Assembly: GCA_963708755.1 (NCBI GenBank)
Contig: CAVPTN010000012.1
Coordinates: 171,596-235,595 of the forward strand
Source: an uncultured Acidobacteriaceae bacterium
GTDB lineage: Bacteria; Acidobacteriota; Terriglobia; Terriglobales; Acidobacteriaceae
Length of the DNA stretch: 64,000 nt
Reading direction: 5' to 3'
Both the position numbers and the translations under genes were made by a program. Of the stretch, positions 19,639-29,031 are shown piece after piece. Positions within the stretch are counted from its first letter, which is position 1. Each line of letters opens with the position of its first letter. Under the pieces are notes generated by a model. The model worked only from the letters and a program-made list of their open reading frames with translations, ran no database searches and was not told the origin of the DNA.

Positions 19639-19905
19639 TTAGCTGCTACGAGGCGCAGAGAACACACGCTGGATCACAAACACCACGACAAAAACTCCGA
19701 GTACGGTTAAGCCACAACCACGACCCATCGCGATTTCAGCAGTACGAGCGTCAGGGTAAGGATATGGGTACGCTTTATGAAGACCGAAGTAGAAGTTATT
19801 GAAGTATGTCATTTCAATCTGTAAGAACACACAGATCGCAACGAGAAGCGCGACAACAGCAGCAATCGTTGTCTGAGCGCCTCTGGATTTTGGCCACTTC
19901 ACCAC
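19639..19905 (-). CDS. Small two-TM hypothetical membrane protein
   Basis: 88-aa ORF with two hydrophobic helices, filling the gap downstream of the tRNA; lower GC than its neighbours. Confidence 0.5.
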   Translation of the reverse strand: MVKWPKSRGAQTTIAAVVALLVAICVFLQIEMTYFNNFYFGLHKAYPYPYPDARTAEIAMGRGCGLTVLGVFVVVFVIQRVFSAPRSS

Positions 19906-19928
19906 GCCAGTTCGTCACTTTGTAATGA

Positions 19929-20005
19929 TGGTGCGCCCGGAGGGACTCGAACCCCCGACCCTTTGGTTCGAAGCCAAATGCTCTATCCAGCTGAGCTACA
20001 GGCGC
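19929..20005 (-). tRNA. tRNA-Arg(UCG)
   Basis: GCGCCTGTAGCTCAGCTGGATAGAGCATTTGGCT-TCG-AACCAAAGGGTCGGGGGTTCGAGTCCCTCCGGGCGCACCA; full cloverleaf with CCA. Confidence 0.95.
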
Positions 20006-20070
20006 GCAAAACAGGGAACTCGGAACTACAGAAGCATCCTAAAAATAACGAATAAAGCGAACTCCGGCAA

Positions 20071-20334
20071 CTAGGCTGCAGCAACCGGCTCCGGCGGCGG
20101 TGGAGGGGGGAACATCGGCATCGTTTCAACGATGTCCAAACCCGCGCGTCGCAGAAGTTGGTGAATGACCGGCTCGGAGAGTCGACTGGCGTCATACTCG
20201 ATCCGTACCGTCTTCTTGGCCTCATCCAGCGCCATGTGGCGAACCCCGTACACCTCGCGTACCTTCGCCATAGCAAGGACCGAGGCTTCGGTAGGGGGAA
20301 CTCCGTAACGGTAAAGAACATCGAGCTGTGTCAT
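20071..20334 (-). CDS. Small HMA/ferredoxin-like fold hypothetical protein (no CxxC), Pro-rich tail
   Basis: MTQLDVLYRY...VYGVR...V.IEYDASRL...LLRRAG pattern resembles the HMA beta-alpha-beta fold. Confidence 0.65.
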   Translation of the reverse strand: MTQLDVLYRYGVPPTEASVLAMAKVREVYGVRHMALDEAKKTVRIEYDASRLSEPVIHQLLRRAGLDIVETMPMFPPPPPPEPVAAA

Positions 20335-20728
20335 GGATTCGATAATACCAGCGGCGTCCGGGCGACGAAACGCGACATCCAATGCTGACTTCGGCAAGAT
20401 GCATTCATACAGCCCAGAGCGGCGGCCACCAGCATAAGCTGTCAAGTCCCATAACGCGTTAAACTGCTTACAATCAGATAGATACCCGTGGCGTATGAGT
20501 TATGCCTCAGTAGATATACTTGATACAGATCTCAAAAAGGGTCCGATCGAGCTCGTTCCACTTCAAGTCAGTTTGGTACAAATCCGTAACCTGTTTATTT
20601 ACTCATATTTAGCGATAAGCCTCCTATTATGAATATTTTGCAGGGACTCAATTTCATAAATCTATGAAAATAAGGACCTTAGCAAGGGGGTGGGGGGGTA
20701 CCCCTCATCGAAAAGAGAAGGGCAGGAA

Positions 20729-21223
20729 CTACATCTTGGCAAGGTAGCCGGTTATCTCGGAGCTGGTCCAATCCTGTGCGCCGATGAACTTTCTGCGTAG
20801 CACTCCCTGCTTGTCGATGATGTAGGTCTCGGGAATCTGCACCGTTCCGTAGAGCGCGTTGACTCGCTGCTCCTCATCGCGAACGGTCAGCACGTCTACA
20901 TGATGCTCGACGAGAAAACGCCGGTAGACATCGGGGTCCTGGTCCATGCTCACCGCCACGACTGCCAGTTCAGGCATCCGCTTCTGCAGTGCGAGCAGGC
21001 TCGGCAACTCCTCAATACAGGGAGCACACCACGTAGCCCAAAGGTTAAGCACAACGACGCGCCCACGTAGCTTGCTCAGATCCACCGTTCTCGTGCCGTC
21101 TCCCATCACGAACTGCGGTGCCGGCTTGTCGATGTTCCCCGGGTGGCTTCCCCGGTCGCATCCAGCCGCAAACATTATTCCCAACAACAGACTTGCCCAG
21201 GCTCTACGCACAATACGCTCCAC
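20729..21223 (-). CDS. TlpA/ResA family thiol-disulfide oxidoreductase lipoprotein
   Basis: Lipobox AAGC; NLWATWCAPC..E.P and PETYIID..G motifs. Confidence 0.92.
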   Translation of the reverse strand: MERIVRRAWASLLLGIMFAAGCDRGSHPGNIDKPAPQFVMGDGTRTVDLSKLRGRVVVLNLWATWCAPCIEELPSLLALQKRMPELAVVAVSMDQDPDVYRRFLVEHHVDVLTVRDEEQRVNALYGTVQIPETYIIDKQGVLRRKFIGAQDWTSSEITGYLAKM

Positions 21224-21241
21224 TTCCTATAATACGAAGTC

Positions 21242-22333
21242 GTGAACGATACGGAACGCGAGCAGGATCTGAATTCAACCGAAGTCTCTGACCTGCAGGT
21301 TTCGGTCATCATCCCAGCCCGCAACGAGGAACGATCGCTGGCCGCCTGCCTGACCTCGTTGCTGAGCCAATCTGAACCTGGTTTCGCACTCGGCCAGCAA
21401 TGGGAGTTGATCATCGTCAACGACGACTCGACCGACAAAACCCGCGCCATTGCAGCTCAGGCCGCTGCTGACCACGATGGTGTCATCCTGCTCGACGCCC
21501 CGCCGCTGGACTTGAGCAGCAACGGAGGATTCACCGGCAAGAGCAACGCCTGTTGGACCGGCGCGCAAGCCGCACGCGGTCATCATCTCCTCTTCACCGA
21601 TGCCGATACAATCCACGAGACCAACGACATATCCCGCTCCCTCCGAGAAGCCGAGAAGCACAAGGCAGTCCTGCTCTCCTACTCACCACGACAGATCATC
21701 ACCGGCTTCTGGCAGCACGCCGTCATGCCCCTGGTCTTCTCGGAACTCGCCTCCGTCTACCCACCAAAGCAGGTCAACGACCCGACACGACGCCTGGCCG
21801 CCGCCAACGGCCAGTTCATCCTGGTCGAACGCGACGCCTACTTTTCAGTCGGAGGACACCGTGCCGTCGGCAAGAATGTCCTTGAGGACGTCGCCCTCGC
21901 TCACAACATCAAACGTGGACCCCGCATCATCCGCCTCCGCTACGCACCTGAAGCCCTTGCCACCCGGATGTACTGGACGACCTCGGAGATGATCGAAGGT
22001 TGGACAAAAAATCTCGCACTTCTGTTCCCAAAGCCTGTCGCTCTAGCACTTTGGCGAATCCTGGACATACTTCTCTTCTTCGGTCTCCCTTTCATCGCAT
22101 TCAGCCTCTATTGGCTTCAGCCGTGGCAGCGAAGCGTTATCCTTCTGATTTGGGTTCGAACGCTATGGCGTTTCTACTCGCGAGTCGCCCGCTCGAACTT
22201 TCCGGCATTTGATGTGGCAATCTCTATCTTGGGCATTCCTCTTTTCATCTATTTGCTTATTCGCAGCGTCATCCACCATCGTGTCAAAAAGACCGTTGTC
22301 TGGAAGGGACGCAACTACAACACGAACACCTAG
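21242..22333 (+). CDS. GT2 family membrane glycosyltransferase (CrtQ/HpnB-like)
   Basis: IIPARNEE, DDSTD.T, GK.NAC, FTDAD, ANGQF, LEDVALA, RMY..GW.KN; C-terminal TM segments and WKGR. Confidence 0.88.
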   Translation: MNDTEREQDLNSTEVSDLQVSVIIPARNEERSLAACLTSLLSQSEPGFALGQQWELIIVNDDSTDKTRAIAAQAAADHDGVILLDAPPLDLSSNGGFTGKSNACWTGAQAARGHHLLFTDADTIHETNDISRSLREAEKHKAVLLSYSPRQIITGFWQHAVMPLVFSELASVYPPKQVNDPTRRLAAANGQFILVERDAYFSVGGHRAVGKNVLEDVALAHNIKRGPRIIRLRYAPEALATRMYWTTSEMIEGWTKNLALLFPKPVALALWRILDILLFFGLPFIAFSLYWLQPWQRSVILLIWVRTLWRFYSRVARSNFPAFDVAISILGIPLFIYLLIRSVIHHRVKKTVVWKGRNYNTNT

Positions 22334-22390
22334 TTACTCTGAGCTTTGCATCCACCCAGATGATCGTCACGTCTAATTACAGGAACAACT

Positions 22391-22801
22391 ATGATCTTCC
22401 TCACCCGAAAAGCCGAGTTCTCTGCAGCGCACTTCTACTGGAATGAAGCGTGGTCGCCGGAAGAGAACCGACGAGTCTTTGGTAAATGCGCGAATCGAAA
22501 CGGTCACGGTCACAATTACACGCTGGAGGTTACTGTCGCCGGCGAGGTAGACCCGATCTCAGGCTTTGTCGTCGACTTGAAAGAACTCAAAGAGATCCTG
22601 GAGCGCGAGGTCATCAGCATCTATGACCATCGTCACTTGAACCTGGAAGTTCCGGAGTTCAAAGACAGAATTCCCACGACGGAAAACATTGCGATCGCGA
22701 TCTGGCAACGGCTGGACGGCAAGATTCCTCATGCGAAGCTGCATCGAGTTCGAATTTATGAGCTGCCTGACCTGTTCGCGGACTACTATGGTGAGCTATG
22801 A
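22391..22801 (+). CDS. 6-pyruvoyl-tetrahydropterin synthase family protein (COG0720), copy 1
   Basis: FSAAH, GKCANRNGHGHNY, DHRHLN, TTENIA, E. The motif is C-x5-HGH. Confidence 0.9.
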   Translation: MIFLTRKAEFSAAHFYWNEAWSPEENRRVFGKCANRNGHGHNYTLEVTVAGEVDPISGFVVDLKELKEILEREVISIYDHRHLNLEVPEFKDRIPTTENIAIAIWQRLDGKIPHAKLHRVRIYELPDLFADYYGEL

Positions 22802-23226
22802 AAGCGCATCTCAATCGCCGCTACCACTTCAGCGCTTCTCATCGCCTGCATACTGAAGCCTATGACACGGTGAAGAACCAGACCGTATTCGGTAAATGTA
22901 ATAATCCCCACGGTCACGGCCACAACTACACCGTGCAGATAACGCTAAGTGGTCAGGTAGATCCTGCAACAGGGATGGTCTGCAACCTTTCGGAGTTGGA
23001 TGCCTTTGCACAAACAAATCTCCTCGCGCGGTTCGACCACACGAATCTGAATATGCTGGACTGTTTTGCGAATACAGTCTCCACAACCGAAAATCTATGT
23101 ATCGAGATATACCGGGTCTTCCAAAGCTTTACCGCGGCTCATCTGGAGCGGGTTCACGTTGAGGAGACCAGCAATAACTCATTTGAATACGCCGGTGAAG
23201 TTATTCCATCGCTTGGCACAATTTAA
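22798..23226 (+). CDS. 6-pyruvoyl-tetrahydropterin synthase family protein (COG0720), copy 2
   Basis: [34 protein letters not shown]; ATGA overlap with copy 1. Confidence 0.9.
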   Translation: MKAHLNRRYHFSASHRLHTEAYDTVKNQTVFGKCNNPHGHGHNYTVQITLSGQVDPATGMVCNLSELDAFAQTNLLARFDHTNLNMLDCFANTVSTTENLCIEIYRVFQSFTAAHLERVHVEETSNNSFEYAGEVIPSLGTI

Positions 23227-23239
23227 GAAAGGCCTTTCT

Positions 23240-23848
23240 ATGCCACGTAACTCGGCCACCATCGAAGCATCCTTACTGGACAGCATTTCGACCCAGGATC
23301 TATATCGCGAACTGTTACTGCGCATTGGCGAAGATCCTACGCGAGATGGTTTACTTCGTACTCCCGAGCGCATGGAGAAGTCCATGGAGTTCCTTACCCG
23401 CGGCTACACAATGGACATCACAGAGGTCCTCCATGACGCTCTCTTCGATGTCGACTATGACGAGATGGTGATCGTAAAAGATATCGAGTTCTTCTCGCAA
23501 TGCGAACATCATCTGCTACCTTTTTTCGGAAAAGCCCATATCGCTTACGTCCCGAACGGGAAAGTGATTGGACTGAGTAAAATTCCACGACTCGTGGATG
23601 TCTTTGCGCGGAGACTGCAGGTGCAGGAACGATTGACTCGCCAGATCGGCGACGCTATCACTGAGGCGATTCATCCCCAGGGAGTGGCTGTCATCCTCGA
23701 AGCGCAACATCTATGCATGATGATGCGTGGCGTAGAAAAGCAGCACTCGTCCACCGTTACCTCGGCGATGCTTGGTGTGTTCAAGTCTCAGCTGCAGACA
23801 CGGAATGAGTTCCTTTCGCTAGTTCGTCGGCAGGGAAACAGCGTATAG
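23240..23848 (+). CDS. folE: GTP cyclohydrolase I
   Basis: [48 protein letters not shown]. Confidence 0.96.
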   Translation: MPRNSATIEASLLDSISTQDLYRELLLRIGEDPTRDGLLRTPERMEKSMEFLTRGYTMDITEVLHDALFDVDYDEMVIVKDIEFFSQCEHHLLPFFGKAHIAYVPNGKVIGLSKIPRLVDVFARRLQVQERLTRQIGDAITEAIHPQGVAVILEAQHLCMMMRGVEKQHSSTVTSAMLGVFKSQLQTRNEFLSLVRRQGNSV

Positions 23849-23867
23849 CGGCTAAACTAGAGACTGC

Positions 23868-24740
23868 ATGAATGGTCTTCTTGTTCTTGATAAACCCTCC
23901 GGCATCACCTCGCACGACGTAGTGGCCATCGTCCGCCGAGCCACTGGCGAAAAATCCATTGGGCATCTAGGAACTCTAGACCCAATGGCCACCGGTGTCT
24001 TGCCACTCCTTCTCGGCAAATACACACGGCTGGCCCAGTTCTTCGGGCAGGCAGATAAGCACTATACGGGGCATATTCGTTTTGGCTTTGCCACCGACAG
24101 CTTCGATGCAGACGGCACCCCTGCAGCTGAAGCGCAGCCACTTACACAGTCTCTCGAACAACTGCGCGTGCTTGGCCGCAGGTTTCGAGGAGAGCTGGAC
24201 CAGCTCCCCCCGATCTTCTCTGCGAAAAAGATAAACGGTGTTGCTGCTCACAAGCTCGCTCGAGCAGGAGCAGAAGTTGCAGTCAAACCGGCCCGGATAA
24301 CCATCCACAACTTTGAACTGACATCGCTGGAGGGCGACACTGCCGCTTTTGCGATGTCTGTCTCTGCTGGTGGCTATGTTCGCTCGGTGGCCCATGAGTT
24401 AGGGCAACTGGCGGAGTGTGGCGCCTATCTCTCGAGTCTGCGTCGCACAGCCGCAGGCGCATTCACGTTGAAGCAGGCGATCACAATCGACCAGCTCAAG
24501 AACTCATCTGCTGTCGAAATAGAAGCAATGCTTCCGCATCCGCGTACCTTGTTGCCTGAGATGCCGTCCGTCACTGTGGATGACCAATTAGCCGGACGTT
24601 TGCGCAACGGTATGCAGGTGAATCTGCCTGATTTTTCACAAGCTCCATTGATTAAGGTATTTACGACTCCAATCGATATTCTCGCCATAGCCCGTCGCAT
24701 CGCTGGTACTTTAATGCAGCCGATCGTCGTCCTAGGCTAG
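23868..24740 (+). CDS. truB: tRNA pseudouridine(55) synthase
   Basis: LDKPSGITSHDVV, GHLGTLDPMATG, PP.FSAKK, GGYVRS, LRRT. Confidence 0.96.
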   Translation: MNGLLVLDKPSGITSHDVVAIVRRATGEKSIGHLGTLDPMATGVLPLLLGKYTRLAQFFGQADKHYTGHIRFGFATDSFDADGTPAAEAQPLTQSLEQLRVLGRRFRGELDQLPPIFSAKKINGVAAHKLARAGAEVAVKPARITIHNFELTSLEGDTAAFAMSVSAGGYVRSVAHELGQLAECGAYLSSLRRTAAGAFTLKQAITIDQLKNSSAVEIEAMLPHPRTLLPEMPSVTVDDQLAGRLRNGMQVNLPDFSQAPLIKVFTTPIDILAIARRIAGTLMQPIVVLG

Positions 24741-24743
24741 ATC

Positions 24744-25457
24744 TTATTTCTTGAGAAGAGGGGTTATGAGCGGAAGAACATTTCGCGCAACCACTTTATT
24801 TCCGTCGCTTGTAGCGTGGGTTCTATCGGGCTGCATCATCCCATTGACGTCAAAGACGCCGTTCAAGAGAAATGGGAGCAAAGGTACGCGGTACTTGGCA
24901 GCAAGCATAGCGTAGGTAGCATTGAACTGTTTGATGTAATCGGGGCCGTAGTCTGGAGGCAGCGTAATCCCGGCAAGAACAACCTTAGTTCCACTTGCCT
25001 TGAGCGTGGCAATAATCTTGTCCAGGTTTGTTCGTGAGTCTTCAATTCGAAGACCGCGCAGACCATCATTACCCCCAAACTCAACCACGACAATGGCGGG
25101 CTTCAATCCAAGGATGCTGTCGAGCCGGTTGACGCCATCCTTCGTCGTATTGCCGCTGATGCCCTCGTTGACGACGCGATACTTATAACCCTCTGCGTCC
25201 AAATCCTTTTGAAGATAGTCAGGATAGCTTTGGCCGAGATCGGTACCGTAGCCCGCAGTAAGGCTGTCGCCAAAGCAGACCACCAGTGGCCGTTTATCCA
25301 TCGCCGTTGTCGCGTTTGGTGCTGGCGAAGGGACGGTTTCTGGGATTGAACGGCTTGACTCCGATTTCTCGGCTTGCTTCGGTGTGGTATCGGTTCGGCA
25401 ACCAAGAAGCGAAAGTGCCACGACCGCTAGAATAGCTACAGATTCCGTTCTCCGCAT
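24744..25457 (-). CDS. tesA: TesA-like GDSL arylesterase/acyl-CoA thioesterase lipoprotein
   Basis: FGDSLTAGYG, ISGNTT, GGNDGLRG, D.TH; divergent from ybbA-ybbP as in E. coli. Confidence 0.88.
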   Translation of the reverse strand: MRRTESVAILAVVALSLLGCRTDTTPKQAEKSESSRSIPETVPSPAPNATTAMDKRPLVVCFGDSLTAGYGTDLGQSYPDYLQKDLDAEGYKYRVVNEGISGNTTKDGVNRLDSILGLKPAIVVVEFGGNDGLRGLRIEDSRTNLDKIIATLKASGTKVVLAGITLPPDYGPDYIKQFNATYAMLAAKYRVPLLPFLLNGVFDVNGMMQPDRTHATSDGNKVVARNVLPLITPLLKK

Positions 25458-25511
25458 CTTTACAAAGTAACAAAAGCGAGCGGTTGCTGAAGAAGGAGAA
25501 ACCCGAAGTTG

Positions 25512-26249
25512 ATGCCACTCACTCCCATGATCTCTGTTGAAGGCCTTCGCAAGTCGATCCGCAACGGCAGCCGTACCGTGGACATCCTGAAGGGAATGGA
25601 CTTTACCATCCCTCGTGGACAGTTTGCTGCAATCATGGGATCAAGTGGGAGTGGTAAATCTACACTACTCGGTCTGATGGCCGGACTCGACACGCCCAGT
25701 CAGGGAAATGTCTTTCTGAACGGCACCGCCATCAGCTATCTCCCCGAGGATAAGCTTGCTCAGGTGCGAGGCAAAACGATCGGCTTCGTATTTCAGTCGT
25801 ATCAGCTAATCCCAACGCTTACAGCGCTCGAAAACGTTCTGCTGCCACACGAATTGAACGCCGACGCAAAGGAGAGTGGCCTCTCGCGAGCGCGCGAGCT
25901 ACTATCCAGCGTCGGCCTCGGCGACCGCATGGATCATTATCCGGTACAGCTCTCCGGTGGCGAACAGCAACGAGTCGCTTTAGCGCGAGCATTTATTCTC
26001 AGGCCCCCGATCGTTCTCGCCGACGAACCGACTGGCAACCTCGACACCACCAACGGAGCTCACGTGCTCGAACTGCTGCTGAATCTAAACCGCGCAGAAG
26101 GCACAACGCTGGTACTAGTGACGCACGACCCCGTCCTGGCAACTTACGCAAACCGGCGGATTACTCTACGCGACGGATTGATCATCGGAGACGAGATCAA
26201 CCCAGCCCCGACCGAAGGCCCGCGTGAAGCCGCACTGGCAGATGGCTGA
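25512..26249 (+). CDS. ybbA: ABC transporter ATP-binding protein (YbbA-like)
   Basis: [27 protein letters not shown]; tesA/ybbP context. Confidence 0.88.
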   Translation: MPLTPMISVEGLRKSIRNGSRTVDILKGMDFTIPRGQFAAIMGSSGSGKSTLLGLMAGLDTPSQGNVFLNGTAISYLPEDKLAQVRGKTIGFVFQSYQLIPTLTALENVLLPHELNADAKESGLSRARELLSSVGLGDRMDHYPVQLSGGEQQRVALARAFILRPPIVLADEPTGNLDTTNGAHVLELLLNLNRAEGTTLVLVTHDPVLATYANRRITLRDGLIIGDEINPAPTEGPREAALADG

Positions 26250-28831
26250 TGGGGACCCTCTCCTATCGCTCCGCTGCAAAGATCGCCAGCCGCGAGGTGC
26301 ACTCCTCTCGCGGCAAGTTTTTCTTCGTCATTCTCTCGGTTGCGATTGGCGTCGCTGCACTGACGGGAGTGCGTGGCTTTTCTGCTTCATTTCGAAGCTC
26401 ACTGTTGAATCGCGCGCGCAGCATCATGGCAGCCGATCTCTCGGCACGAATGTTTCAGCAGCCTACCTCCGATGAGCAGAAAGCGTTGGATGAGATTGCG
26501 AGCGCTGGTGTGGAGATTACGCCGGTTACGGAGTTGCTCTCGATGGCCTCCTCGCCGAAGACTCTCGACCCTCTTCTGGTCGCACTGAAAGCAGTCGACC
26601 CAACCAAGTACCCTTTCTACGGCGAGGTCCAGCTGGCTCCCGACGGCCAACTAAAGACCGTACTTACAGCGAATACCGTGGTCGTCGCAGACGATCTTCT
26701 CGTTCGTCTCAATCTCAAGGTTGGCGACGATCTGAAGATCGGTACCCAGCTCTTTAGAATTGCCTCCGTCGTAGTCAACGAACCGGACCGCCTGTCAGGT
26801 AGCTTTGCAGCTGGCCCACGCGTGCTGATCTCGCGCGAAGGGCTGAACGCCAGCGGCCTGCTCGCACCGGGCAGTCACGCCGGGCAGCGCTACCTCTTTC
26901 GAGTCCCCCAACCGAGCAATGGCGCACCCATCTCCGACAAAGCCGTGGCAAACCTCAAGCTGCGTCTAGAAAAACTTCTGCCAGAGTCACAGGTCATCGA
27001 CTATCGCGAGACGAATCCCGCGCTCACCCAGGGATTGGATCGCGCAACCAGTCTCCTGTCCCTGATGAGTCTCGTTGCTCTTGTTCTCGGCGCGATAGGC
27101 GTGGCCATGGCAATGCGCGCCCACCTCCAGCAGCGCCTCGATACCATCGCCATCATGAAGTCGCTCGGCGCACGGTCAGGCCAGATCATGAAGATCTACC
27201 TGCTTCAAACGCTCCTCCTGGGTCTGGCCGGCGGTCTACTTGGCGTTGCCCTTGGAGTTGGCGTGCAGCTGAGCTTCCCCTATCTGCTGGCAAAGCTCAT
27301 CCATGTCGATACCGAGCTTCACGTGCAGTTTCGCACTGTCATCACCGGACTTGTCGCAGGTATCCTAACAACGCTCCTCTTCACGCTACCTCCGTTGCTC
27401 GACATCCGAGGCGTGCGGCCCATTCTGATTCTCCGCCGAGCCGTCGAAGACAACGATGATCCCTTCGTGACCGCCATCTGGCGCAAGATCACAAAAAACC
27501 TCGCCCAACTGGGTGCGGCCCTGATGATCCTCGTTGGTCTCGCCGCGATCGCGACCACACTCAGCGACTCTGCTGTGGTCGGCGAGGTCTTCTCGTTAGG
27601 TCTCGTCGCCGTGCTTGCGGTTCTCATGATTGCGTCTGTTGCGGTGTTGACGGGGCTAAAGTTTTTCCTTTCGAGGACCCGACTCCATCTGCCGTCCTCA
27701 ACTCGACATGGACTGGCAAATCTCTACCGGCCCGGTAACCCCTCTGCCGCACTATTGGCCGCACTTGGGTTAGGCGTCATGCAGATCATGACCGTCTACC
27801 TTGTCCAGCAAGCTGTCGTCTCCGAGCTTCATATCTCTGCATCTCCAAACCTTCCGAACGTCTTCCTGATCGATATCACAAACGAGGAGGTAGGCGGAAT
27901 ACGAACGCTGCTAGCCTCCCAACACAGCGTGACCGTTCCGCCTGAACTTCTCCCAGTTGTCTCATCGCGCATTGTCGAAATCGACGGCGTCCCCGCAAGC
28001 GAGGCGAAGCTAAAGAACTTTCCTAAGCGAATGTTGCGCTCAATTAGCCTCACCTGGTCGAGCACCGCACCTCCTGGTACAAAGACGGTGGAAGGGAACT
28101 GGTGGGCCGCTGACGAAAAACGCCCAGTCGTCGCGATAGAACAACGTCAGGCGGATCGTCTGGGAGTCCATGTTGGCTCGCACATCACCTTCGCCGCACA
28201 GGACACCCAGTTCGTTGCCACGGTCGTGGCACTTACTAAATCGGATGGCCAGCATGCATACTCGCGGGCAGAGTTCATTTTGCCGCAGCCTGCTCTTGTT
28301 GGCCTGCCTGTCGTCTGGTATGGCGGCGTTCACGCCGATCCGAATCATGTCGGCGAACTGCAGCGTGCACTCTACAACGCTTATCCAACTGTGACTGTGA
28401 TCAATGTTGCCCAAGCTCTTGAGACAGTACGTGCGGTCGTCGTTCAAATTACCTATGTAATTCAATTTCTCGCGACGTTTTCGATCTTTGCTGGAATCAT
28501 TATTCTCGCCAGCTCGATTGCAGGAACGCGATATCGCCGAATTCGAGAGGTCGTCGTGCTAAAAACGCTGGGTGCAACGCGGGGGCATATCGCTGCTGTA
28601 TTTTCCATCGAATTTGCGGTGCTGGGGCTAGTCGCTGGTTTCATCGGCGTGCTCTTTGCGAACATCATTGCGCGAGTTCTACTGATGCGTCTTACGGTCG
28701 CTTACCATTTCCAGTGGGGTTGGACGGTAGGAGCTCTGGTGGGAACCGTCTCTCTGACGGTTGCTACTGGTTGGATCGCGAGTCATCGCATCTTGGGACG
28801 AAAGCCGCTTGAAGTTCTCCGAGAGGAATAA
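26249..28831 (+). CDS. ybbP: YbbP-like duplicated FtsX-domain ABC permease
   Basis: 860 aa; YPFYG, K.LGA twice, PNVFLIDI. Confidence 0.88.
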   Translation: MGTLSYRSAAKIASREVHSSRGKFFFVILSVAIGVAALTGVRGFSASFRSSLLNRARSIMAADLSARMFQQPTSDEQKALDEIASAGVEITPVTELLSMASSPKTLDPLLVALKAVDPTKYPFYGEVQLAPDGQLKTVLTANTVVVADDLLVRLNLKVGDDLKIGTQLFRIASVVVNEPDRLSGSFAAGPRVLISREGLNASGLLAPGSHAGQRYLFRVPQPSNGAPISDKAVANLKLRLEKLLPESQVIDYRETNPALTQGLDRATSLLSLMSLVALVLGAIGVAMAMRAHLQQRLDTIAIMKSLGARSGQIMKIYLLQTLLLGLAGGLLGVALGVGVQLSFPYLLAKLIHVDTELHVQFRTVITGLVAGILTTLLFTLPPLLDIRGVRPILILRRAVEDNDDPFVTAIWRKITKNLAQLGAALMILVGLAAIATTLSDSAVVGEVFSLGLVAVLAVLMIASVAVLTGLKFFLSRTRLHLPSSTRHGLANLYRPGNPSAALLAALGLGVMQIMTVYLVQQAVVSELHISASPNLPNVFLIDITNEEVGGIRTLLASQHSVTVPPELLPVVSSRIVEIDGVPASEAKLKNFPKRMLRSISLTWSSTAPPGTKTVEGNWWAADEKRPVVAIEQRQADRLGVHVGSHITFAAQDTQFVATVVALTKSDGQHAYSRAEFILPQPALVGLPVVWYGGVHADPNHVGELQRALYNAYPTVTVINVAQALETVRAVVVQITYVIQFLATFSIFAGIIILASSIAGTRYRRIREVVVLKTLGATRGHIAAVFSIEFAVLGLVAGFIGVLFANIIARVLLMRLTVAYHFQWGWTVGALVGTVSLTVATGWIASHRILGRKPLEVLREE

Positions 28832-29031
28832 ATACTACAGAGCTGCCGCTAAGACCTAATCCTGAGTAGACGCTTTATTCGAGAGATCCTCCCCCACTAC
28901 TTGAAAGGTTGCAGGAGTGGTTATGGACCAGGGTTGGCCCGCGTTGGCTTAAAAGCGTCCGCGAGCAAGTTGGTCAATTATCCCAGACCAGCTGGAAAAA
29001 CCCTTCTGTTTGCAGGGAAATAATTTTTCTA

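Noticed and set aside
11431-19928. Active integrative element or prophage at tRNA-Arg
   Set aside because: No integrase, transposase or phage genes and no partial att duplication; kept only as a low-interest finding.
21222-21249. dif-like site (ACTTCCTATAA resembles a Firmicute XerC arm)
   Set aside because: There is no TTATG-type XerD arm. The sequence is explained by the tlpA start/RBS and the GT2 -10 box.
22391-23226. Calling the two COG0720 genes queD
   Set aside because: The motif is C-x5-HGH and there is no que context, so the symbol was withheld.
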